From the NCBI GenBank assembly GCA_038045705.1, contig JBBSXO010000007.1:1-45593 (forward strand): a stretch of DNA of 45,593 bases, in the 5' to 3' direction. Under the pieces are notes generated by a model that was not told the DNA's origin, searched no databases, and saw only the letters and a program-made list of their open reading frames with translations. Within the stretch, counting starts at the first letter, position 1. Each line of letters starts with the position of its first letter. Source of the stretch: Nanobdellota archaeon (GTDB lineage Archaea > Nanobdellota > Nanobdellia > Pacearchaeales > GW2011-AR1). This document shows positions 1 to 7,670 of the stretch, one piece after another. The position numbers and the translations under genes are program-made.

Positions 1-90
1 GTCGTAGTTTAGCTCAAATATAAGCTTTTTTAGTCCGTAAATGCCTCAATCACCTAATATTTTTATATACCCTCTTTCTTGAATTGAGTT

Positions 91-624
91 ATGGATATTT
101 CTTGTGGATCTACTGGACAAAATAAAGTTGAAGGAGTAAGAAGAGGTCTGACTAGGTTACCTTATTTTGCAGGAGCTATAGTTTATCCAATAGATGTTAA
201 ATCTGGTGTTAGAGATCAACCGATGGGAATAGATGAAATTGAGTTAGGAGCAACAAACAGAGCAATTAATGCGTTTAACCAATATCCCTCAAGATTCGGC
301 ATAGGAATTGAATCAGGAATTGTTCCTCCTAATGATAAAAGAACTTTTGCATTAAACCACACTATTTGTAGAATATACGATGGAAAGAGACTTTATCCAG
401 GGGCAGGCATGGCATTTCCAATTCAAAATGAAGTTTTAAAGATTATAGTTTCTGAAAATGTTGAACTTGATGAAGCACTTAGAAGAGCTGGCCTTACGAA
501 TGAGGAAAGAATAGGTAAAAAGAGAGGGATAATATCTATGTTAACTAACGGTGAAGTGGAAAGAACAAAATTGATTGAAGATGCTGTTTACGCAGCAGCA
601 CTAGCCATAGTTAATAATTATTAA
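91..624 (+). CDS. yjjX: Non-canonical purine NTP phosphatase (inosine/xanthosine triphosphatase, YjjX/DUF84 family)
   Basis: GSTGQNKV N-terminus, SGVRDQPMG, GATNRA, GIGIESG, and GIISMLTNG..ERT motifs typical of YjjX. Confidence 0.85.
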   Translation: MDISCGSTGQNKVEGVRRGLTRLPYFAGAIVYPIDVKSGVRDQPMGIDEIELGATNRAINAFNQYPSRFGIGIESGIVPPNDKRTFALNHTICRIYDGKRLYPGAGMAFPIQNEVLKIIVSENVELDEALRRAGLTNEERIGKKRGIISMLTNGEVERTKLIEDAVYAAALAIVNNY

Positions 625-730
625 GATATTTATTTTCACAACAATAAAAATCAAATGATTTTTGAGGTGATCAAAGTGTTCTGATTAAGATACACTTTGA
701 CACAATAATCATTATAAAGAGGAGTTATTT

Positions 731-1336
731 TTGAGGGATATGCATGTTGTTGATAGGCCTATTGCTGAAAGGACGAGATCTGAGATTGATGCTAAAATAA
801 AGACGATGGGTGAATATGTTAAGATGTCTTATTTACAAAGGGCTGTAAAATCTCAACTTGACTATGACACTAGAAAATTTGTTTTGCTCGAGTTGACTAA
901 AATTTATGAACAAAAAGGTATGTTTCTTGATGCTTCGAGAACAATTAGGGCTGCTGCAGATATAACTACAACTTTTAAAGATAAAATTGAACAATTTATG
1001 AAATCTGTTGAGTTTAGTATTCGTGGAAATAAATTTACTGATGCTGAAAGATTATTTCAACAAGCTCTTGCCCTTGGAAATGATCGCGAAAAGTGGGAAA
1101 TGAAACAGATGTATAAAAAATTTCATTTCGGTCAAGCTCAAACTTATTTGAGAAATGATAAAAGGAATAATGCTAAAGAGGTTTTACAAAAAATGCTTTC
1201 CCTTGATTTAAGTGCTGAAGAAAAAACTAAAGTGCAGAATGTTTTATTAGATTTGTATTACAAGTTAGGAAATGTACGAGAGTACCATGCCTTAAAAGAT
1301 AAGATGGCTGGTGGAACTGGAAATCTAAATAAATAA
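731..1336 (+). CDS. Helical-repeat (TPR-like) hypothetical protein
   Basis: 201-aa ORF with GGAG upstream (start may be ATG 740); repeated amphipathic helices such as AERLFQQALAL. Confidence 0.6.
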   Translation: MRDMHVVDRPIAERTRSEIDAKIKTMGEYVKMSYLQRAVKSQLDYDTRKFVLLELTKIYEQKGMFLDASRTIRAAADITTTFKDKIEQFMKSVEFSIRGNKFTDAERLFQQALALGNDREKWEMKQMYKKFHFGQAQTYLRNDKRNNAKEVLQKMLSLDLSAEEKTKVQNVLLDLYYKLGNVREYHALKDKMAGGTGNLNK

Positions 1337-1397
1337 AAATTATGATTATATCTTAAAAATAAAAAGCCCTCATTCGAGAGCAGTTTATTTAAAAAAA

Positions 1398-1499
1398 TTA
1401 ATAAAGGCTTTCTAAATCTTCACAGAGGTTGTCGATTGTTGTAGACTCAAAATCTTCTTCCTCTATTTCTATACTTGGCTCTTTTACAGTCATCACCAT
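1398..1499 (-). CDS. Small acidic peptide, 33 aa (MVMTVKEPSIEIEEEDFESTTIDNLCEDLESLY)
   Basis: Translated by hand, below the ORF-track cutoff; AGGT just upstream of the ATG and a TATA-like TTTATATA further upstream. Confidence 0.45.
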   Translation of the reverse strand: MVMTVKEPSIEIEEEDFESTTIDNLCEDLESLY

Positions 1500-1951
1500 T
1501 TTAACCTAACTCTTTTTTTACTGTTAGATATATAAATGTTTTTCTTAGGTTTTTACGACGGAAAAGCATAAGAAGATATTTAAAGACTAAATGTTTCTTT
1601 TTTTCCTAGCCTTGTTCATCAATTGTTTTATCGAGCTTAGAAAAGAGAATATTATTTTTAGAGATATTTTATTTTTTGTTTATAAAAAAATATCTAGAAT
1701 TCTCGGAGACAAAAACCAATCATTTTATTGACAGTCTAAAGACTTACTTGACACTAGGTTCGTTTATGGACTGAGTTTGCTTTAAAGAAAGGTTTAAATA
1801 CATTAAAATCAAAGTTATACTATCACGATATTACTGTAGATCATAGTATATCACTCACACTCACGTTTATTGGGCTTTTTGAGCTCGAGTTCTGACTGTA
1901 GCGAAAAACTTCTACGATTATCTAGATATGAAATAAGGAACATAGTATAAC

Positions 1952-3085
1952 ATGGCAAAAGTAAGTCCGGTATCAATAAAGTATATGGTTTGTGCTAGCT
2001 TTGCTGCTGAAGGTCCTGTAGAGAAACCTGATGTCATCGGAGCTATTTTTGGGCAAACTGAAGGTCTTTTAGGTACTGAATTAGAAATGAGGGAGCTTCA
2101 GAAGGAAGGTAAGATTGGAAGGATTGAGGTTGAATTAAATACTGTTGATGGTCGTACAATTGGGGAAATTAAATTACCTAGTGCATTAGATAAATCTGAA
2201 ACTACAATAATCGCAGCTACTCTTGAGACTATTGACAAAATTGGTCCAAGTGAGGCTAAAGTTACAATAAGTAAAATTGAAGATGTTCGTGGAAGTAAAA
2301 GGGATTTTATAATTGAAAGGGCAAAGGCATTGCTTGAGGGTCTTGACTCTGATGGAAGTGACAGCATATCTAAGACGCTAAAAGAGGAGAGTCGGGCCGC
2401 CAAAATACAAGAATATGGAGAAGAACAATTACCTGCTGGGGATCTTTCTGGAAATGAGGTTATTGTTGTTGAAGGTCGCGCAGATGTAGTTAATTTATTG
2501 AAAAATAGAATAAACAATGTTATTGGGATGAATGGAGCTAAACTCCCTAAAGAGATAGCTAAGTTAAGTAAAGACAAAGAGTTAACTCTTTTTGTAGATG
2601 GTGACAGAGGCGGGAAACTTATTGCTAAAAATGTTTGCGATAATGCTAGGATTGTTTATATTGCAGTTGCCCCAGATGGAAAAGAAGTTGAGGAATTAGC
2701 TGGGAAAGAACTATTACTTGCCTTGAGAAGAAGATTGCCTGCAAAAGATTTTCTTTATAAAATGTCTAGAGATTCATCTGATGGAAATGAGGATTTTACT
2801 CCATTCGCAGGTGATGTTACGGTTGCACTTAAAGAAAAGTATAATGAAATAAATGGAACAAAGAAAGCTTTGTTGCTTAATGCAGATTTTTCTGTTTCTA
2901 GAGTTATTTCTAGTGTTGAAATTGTTCCTGCATTAAACAGGGTTAGGGGAAATATTGTTGCAGTAATTATTGATGGGATTGCTACAAAACAGATAATTCA
3001 GTCATGTGAAGAAAGAGGAGTTTCATATATTGCTGCTAAGAATTTTGCTGCTGTAGAAACAAATATAGAGCTAATTGGACTTTAA
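1952..3085 (+). CDS. dnaG: Archaeal DnaG-type primase / exosome-associated Toprim protein
   Basis: VEKPDVIGAIFGQTEGLLG..L..RELQK.GKIGRI motif; Toprim motifs VVEGRADV and DGDRGG. Confidence 0.95.
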   Translation: MAKVSPVSIKYMVCASFAAEGPVEKPDVIGAIFGQTEGLLGTELEMRELQKEGKIGRIEVELNTVDGRTIGEIKLPSALDKSETTIIAATLETIDKIGPSEAKVTISKIEDVRGSKRDFIIERAKALLEGLDSDGSDSISKTLKEESRAAKIQEYGEEQLPAGDLSGNEVIVVEGRADVVNLLKNRINNVIGMNGAKLPKEIAKLSKDKELTLFVDGDRGGKLIAKNVCDNARIVYIAVAPDGKEVEELAGKELLLALRRRLPAKDFLYKMSRDSSDGNEDFTPFAGDVTVALKEKYNEINGTKKALLLNADFSVSRVISSVEIVPALNRVRGNIVAVIIDGIATKQIIQSCEERGVSYIAAKNFAAVETNIELIGL

Positions 3086-3159
3086 AATTTGAAAGTAATT
3101 CAGGATAAATTTGACATTATATTATTAACATTTATATACTAGTTTTTCATTTCATTGAT

Positions 3160-3606
3160 ATGCGCATTAAATATCAAAAAGAGATTATAGCTTCGCTGAT
3201 ACTGGTGGTTGCAGTAGTTGCTTTGTACACAACGTTTACTCCTGTAAGATGTGCTGATTTTTCTTGTTTTGAAGCCCACATGACTAAGTGCAGACCTACT
3301 GTTTATGTAAATGATGGGGAAAAAGAAGCTTCTTGGAGGTATGAGGTTGTAGGAATATCTAATAGGAAATGTGATGTTGAGGTTACTTTATTAGTTGCTA
3401 AGGAGAGTAATCTTGACCTTAGACAATATGAAGAGCAAAAAATGATGTGTTCTCACCCTTTAGGTGTTTCTGGTTACCCTGAGAAAAACCTAGCATCTTG
3501 TAATGGTGAATTGAAAGAAGGGTTACAGTCGATAGTTATTGAAAAACTTTATAGATATATAGTAGCTAACATAGGTGAAATAAGAGAAGAGATATCAAAT
3601 TATTAA
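3160..3606 (+). CDS. Membrane-anchored Cys-rich hypothetical protein
   Basis: N-terminal TM helix and six Cys. Confidence 0.7.
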   Translation: MRIKYQKEIIASLILVVAVVALYTTFTPVRCADFSCFEAHMTKCRPTVYVNDGEKEASWRYEVVGISNRKCDVEVTLLVAKESNLDLRQYEEQKMMCSHPLGVSGYPEKNLASCNGELKEGLQSIVIEKLYRYIVANIGEIREEISNY

Positions 3607-3818
3607 TTGGTCTTTTTCATATTCAGCAATTTTGCTTTGTCTATTGCTAATAATCTTGCCCTTGCTTCGCTTGAGCCTGATTTACACAGGTTTAGGATGT
3701 AGAGTATTTTCTGTAAGATCTCATCATAACTCTCTTTAGGATGAACTTTAAGCTTGTCCAAACGACTTTTTGTCTCCCTATCAAGCTTTATAGTTGTTAT
3801 ATTAGAACTATTTTTCAT
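3603..3818 (-). CDS. Small ribbon-helix-helix-like DNA-binding protein
   Basis: TTIKLDRETKSRLDKLK...ESYDEILQKIL fits an archaeal RHH/antitoxin-like pattern. Confidence 0.7.
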   Translation of the reverse strand: MKNSSNITTIKLDRETKSRLDKLKVHPKESYDEILQKILYILNLCKSGSSEARARLLAIDKAKLLNMKKTN

Positions 3819-3947
3819 ATGTAGTAGCGCTAGGTATACTTAATAAATGTTTTTGTCACTCTAAAGGGTAATGAAAATGTTGTCACCGCAAAGTTTATAA
3901 AACACCCCATTTATGGATAATTAACTAAATTTTGGATATAACTAAGA

Positions 3948-5150
3948 ATGAATACAAAAAACTTTTTAGGTTTACTTGTTTTTGCAATTGCGATGTTATT
4001 CGTTATACCTGCTGTTAGCGCCCAGTTTGCAACAATAAACTATGTTGAAACTGAAAGCTTTAACATAGTGCAGGGAGATACATTTGCTGTAGAAGCTGGA
4101 CAATCTCTTGATTTAAGAGTTGTTTTTGATGCTATAGCTAATGCTAATGATGTACGCGTAACTGCTAGAGTTCTTGGAGAGCCAGGTCTTTACGAGACTA
4201 CAGGACGTTTTGACGTTATTGCTGGTGGAACATACAGCAAGATGCTTTCACTTGATGTCCCATATGATATTGATCTTAATGAAAATTTCATATTGGAAGT
4301 AAGAGTTGAAAATCAAAACGGCGGAAGTACTCTTACAGCAACCTTTGCAGTGCAAAGAGAAAACTATGCCCTTGAATTTCTTTCTGTTGAAAGTCCTTCA
4401 AGAATTAGCGCTGGAGAAGTCCTACCAATTGAAGTTGTTGTAAAGAATCGCGGTCGTTATGATGCGTATGATACATTTGTTATCGCAAGCATCCCTGCAT
4501 TGGGCATAAGCAAAAAAGTCTTCCTTGAAGACCTTGCTGCTAATGAATCAACAAATAACGAAATAGAAGACGATTCTATCGAAGGAAGAATGCTATTAGC
4601 AATCCCTTCAAGCGCAACACCTGGCCTTTACACAGTTGAAGTTAAAGCTTTCAATGACGATTCTGAGACAGTTTCTGTCAGAAGAGTTGAAGTTTTGAGC
4701 GGTAACTCAAATAGTGCTATTATATCATCTCCTTCAAGCAGAACATTCTCTGCTGGAACAGATGGAAAATACACTATGACAATTGTGAACTCTGGTAATA
4801 GAATCTTAGTATACAACTTAGTAACTGAATCTGACAACGGCTTGTCTGTTGATCTTGATGATTCTGTTGTTGTGGTTCCTGCTGGCTCAAGCAATGCTGT
4901 TGAATTAACAGCAATGGCTGCTAGAGAAGGAAATTACAACTTCAAAGTTACTGTTCTTGACTCTGACAACAATGTTGTTAGTGAAAAGAATTTTGTTGCA
5001 AATGTTGAAGGAAGAACAGTTGGCGGAAACGCTGCTGTTGTTTTGACAATAATTCTTGCAATAGTATTTGTTGTACTACTAGTGGTTCTTATAGTATTGC
5101 TAACTAGAAAGCCTGCGAAAGCTGACGAATCTGGCGAAAGCTACTATTAA
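3948..5150 (+). CDS. Cell-surface (S-layer-like) protein with Ig/CARDB-like domains
   Basis: Signal peptide, beta-rich repeats (VVVKNRG, IVNSGN), C-terminal TM anchor and short tail. Confidence 0.75.
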   Translation: MNTKNFLGLLVFAIAMLFVIPAVSAQFATINYVETESFNIVQGDTFAVEAGQSLDLRVVFDAIANANDVRVTARVLGEPGLYETTGRFDVIAGGTYSKMLSLDVPYDIDLNENFILEVRVENQNGGSTLTATFAVQRENYALEFLSVESPSRISAGEVLPIEVVVKNRGRYDAYDTFVIASIPALGISKKVFLEDLAANESTNNEIEDDSIEGRMLLAIPSSATPGLYTVEVKAFNDDSETVSVRRVEVLSGNSNSAIISSPSSRTFSAGTDGKYTMTIVNSGNRILVYNLVTESDNGLSVDLDDSVVVVPAGSSNAVELTAMAAREGNYNFKVTVLDSDNNVVSEKNFVANVEGRTVGGNAAVVLTIILAIVFVVLLVVLIVLLTRKPAKADESGESYY

Positions 5151-5190
5151 ATCCATCCCCCTTTTTATTTTCTTTTTGGGAATTGGGTTA
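5151..5190 (+). terminator. Putative T-rich terminator
   Basis: C-run followed by oligo-T tracts immediately after the stop codon, with a weak flanking inverted repeat. Confidence 0.35.
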
Positions 5191-5242
5191 GAAAGAATTA
5201 TTTTATATAAATCTTTAAATATCCGTCTAGATAAATCTAGGT

Positions 5243-5569
5243 ATGGCTCCTAATTTAAGAGAATTAGCTTCTGACGTAGCCTTTCGTGATGGAAGGGACC
5301 ATCCAATAAACGGCTTAAATTCTGGAATTACATGTTTTCCTAAAAATCTTAATAATTACATGTGGTGCTTTGCATGGGATAAATATGCCGATGTTTTGAC
5401 TTTACCTGATGAAAAAAATCAAGAAGCAAGATTTTATAGAGTCTCTCTGAAGAGATTAGAAAGCGGAGAGTTAGATTTTTTAACTGAGGAGCCTAGTGCC
5501 AGAGGTGAAAAAGCACTTCATGTTCTTAGTGCGTATAAAGTTTTAATGTATAACAAAAAAATTGATTAA
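5243..5569 (+). CDS. Hypothetical protein
   Basis: 108-aa ORF with TATA-like TTTAAATA about 25 nt upstream. Confidence 0.6.
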   Translation: MAPNLRELASDVAFRDGRDHPINGLNSGITCFPKNLNNYMWCFAWDKYADVLTLPDEKNQEARFYRVSLKRLESGELDFLTEEPSARGEKALHVLSAYKVLMYNKKID

Positions 5570-5724
5570 TTCTATTATAATTAAACAGAACTGGCAAAGT
5601 TTTAGCTAATCATTTTAACTAATCTGGATGGCGATAACCGAAATGCTTTGATTGATTTTATTTGTCTACAAATTATTCTTTAATTGCTTGACCTGGTTTT
5701 CTGGTTAAGCTCAAGAAACAAGTA

Positions 5725-7284
5725 CTAAGGGACATATACTACTTGCAGACCATTTGAAAGCTGAAGATTGGACAAGGGTCCGCCAGGGTAAGTACCAACT
5801 TGAAGATAGAAACTTGTTCCTGCTAGACTTGGATTCATGATATTTACTCCAGAAATGAATAGGCTTCCTTGTGAATCCAAATTACCTATATGTGTTATCC
5901 CAAATGAAAGCCTGTTTGGATCAACATATAAGTTATTTCCAGGTGAAATTGAGATTGTTGCAGGGGAATCTGATAAGGCCAGAAAAAGAGGTGTATTAGG
6001 TACTCCTCCGTCAACTCGAACACTTCCAGTACCTGGCACTCCTGCTGTTGGGATCCATGTGAATCTTAGAGAACCGAAACCGTAACTCCAAGCACCCCCT
6101 AATGTGTGAACAACGGCTGAGCCTGGCGTAGTAGTTGGGTAAAGATGACCTGAAGCAAATTCTGAAAATCCATCTCTATTAAAATCTCTCACAGCCAACG
6201 ACCAACCAAGATTGTTAAAATTGGCTGCTCCAAACCATGTGTAAGCATTAACTCCATTTGGTCCTAGAAAGAGATCTACTTTTCCAATACCTAAAGCAGG
6301 AGTAGACCACATATTTGCTCCAACAACAATATCGCTAAAACCATCTTTATTAAAGTCTCCACCACCGACTGAAATTCCAAATTGACCTGGTGAAACAAAA
6401 TGGGCTAGCTGAGTAAAGTTAGAACCAGAGTAAATGTAAACCTCTCCGCTATTACCGGGGTCAGGTGCTCCAATGACAATATCATGCACACCGTCTCCAT
6501 TATAATCTCCTGCATCTGCTACGCTTTCACCGTACAAATCATTAACAATTCCTGTGCTAAAATTATAGATTAAACTAAAAGTGGCTCCGTTGTAAATAAA
6601 TACTTTTCCTATAGCTCCTCCTGGAGGATAAGGAAGAACATTATTATAAGATTCTCCCACTAAAATCTCCGGAACACTATCATTTGTAATATCAGCGAAA
6701 CTAGATACAGAAGAACTTCTTGCGGGTAGAACAGTAATTAAAGCGCCAGTTCTACCATTATAAACATAAATGTCTCTATTGCCTATCAATATATCATTAA
6801 AACCATCGCCGGTCAAGTCCCCTGCATTTGCAACATCGTGTCCATATCGGAAAAAAGTATAAAGAAGACTGCCATTAGCTTCGTATACGTAGTTTCTTAA
6901 AAAGCTCGCTACAACAAAATCTTGAATGTTGTTTCCATTAATATCTCCTAGAGAAGCAACTGAGACCCCAAAGTTGTCCTGAGCTATCCCATTTGTGAAC
7001 GAATTAATGATATTTCCTGTTGCTCCGTCAAATAAATATACATGACCTATGGCTCCAGAAATCGTAGAAGCTGGAGCACCTGAAATTATTTCTGGAATAT
7101 CATCTCCATTAATATCTTCCATAAAGTCAACTGATTTTCCTGTGGCTTCTTCATTTATAAGACCTGGAGCATTAAAAACTGGACTTTGAGGAAGAGAATA
7201 TGGTTGAGCAGAAATCAGGTTTAAGAAAATAATAAATGAAAAAGAAAATAAACACAGTTTTTTATGAAGAGACAAAAATAACAT
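5725..7284 (-). CDS. Secreted FG-GAP (integrin-alpha-like beta-propeller) protein
   Basis: Signal peptide; multiple DxNGDGxxD..GAP repeats (GDYNGDGVHDIVIGAP, GDFNKDGFSDIVVGA). Confidence 0.9.
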   Translation of the reverse strand: MLFLSLHKKLCLFSFSFIIFLNLISAQPYSLPQSPVFNAPGLINEEATGKSVDFMEDINGDDIPEIISGAPASTISGAIGHVYLFDGATGNIINSFTNGIAQDNFGVSVASLGDINGNNIQDFVVASFLRNYVYEANGSLLYTFFRYGHDVANAGDLTGDGFNDILIGNRDIYVYNGRTGALITVLPARSSSVSSFADITNDSVPEILVGESYNNVLPYPPGGAIGKVFIYNGATFSLIYNFSTGIVNDLYGESVADAGDYNGDGVHDIVIGAPDPGNSGEVYIYSGSNFTQLAHFVSPGQFGISVGGGDFNKDGFSDIVVGANMWSTPALGIGKVDLFLGPNGVNAYTWFGAANFNNLGWSLAVRDFNRDGFSEFASGHLYPTTTPGSAVVHTLGGAWSYGFGSLRFTWIPTAGVPGTGSVRVDGGVPNTPLFLALSDSPATISISPGNNLYVDPNRLSFGITHIGNLDSQGSLFISGVNIMNPSLAGTSFYLQVGTYPGGPLSNLQLSNGLQVVYVP

Positions 7285-7285
7285 T

Positions 7286-7639
7286 TTAATTTTCTTCTCC
7301 AGTCATAATGCTCAACTCAGGTGCTCCTCTTTCATCAAATGAAACCTCGTGAGAAAATTCTCCCATAGGAGGGAAGACTGGGACTTTTTGAGTTTCTAAA
7401 GGCGGTTCATTGGCTGAAACTTTTCTAAAATAATCATAAAGGATTTTTGCATCATTACTTTTCTTTGAAGAATCTGTAGTAAGTTTTAAGCTCTCTAGTA
7501 TGGAATTTCTCATACCACTATTTGAATAATCTTTTGTAGTTTCTTTTGGTGATAGCTCAATTTCTTTTCTAAAGAATAATATTAGAGTAATAACAACAAG
7601 AAGAGCGAACACATAATAAAACTCTTTCTTTAATCTCAT
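7286..7639 (-). CDS. Membrane-anchored hypothetical protein
   Basis: N-terminal TM helix; stop codon abuts the FG-GAP gene start. Confidence 0.65.
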   Translation of the reverse strand: MRLKKEFYYVFALLVVITLILFFRKEIELSPKETTKDYSNSGMRNSILESLKLTTDSSKKSNDAKILYDYFRKVSANEPPLETQKVPVFPPMGEFSHEVSFDERGAPELSIMTGEEN

Positions 7640-7670
7640 CTGTCTATATTATAAATCATGGTATTTATAT

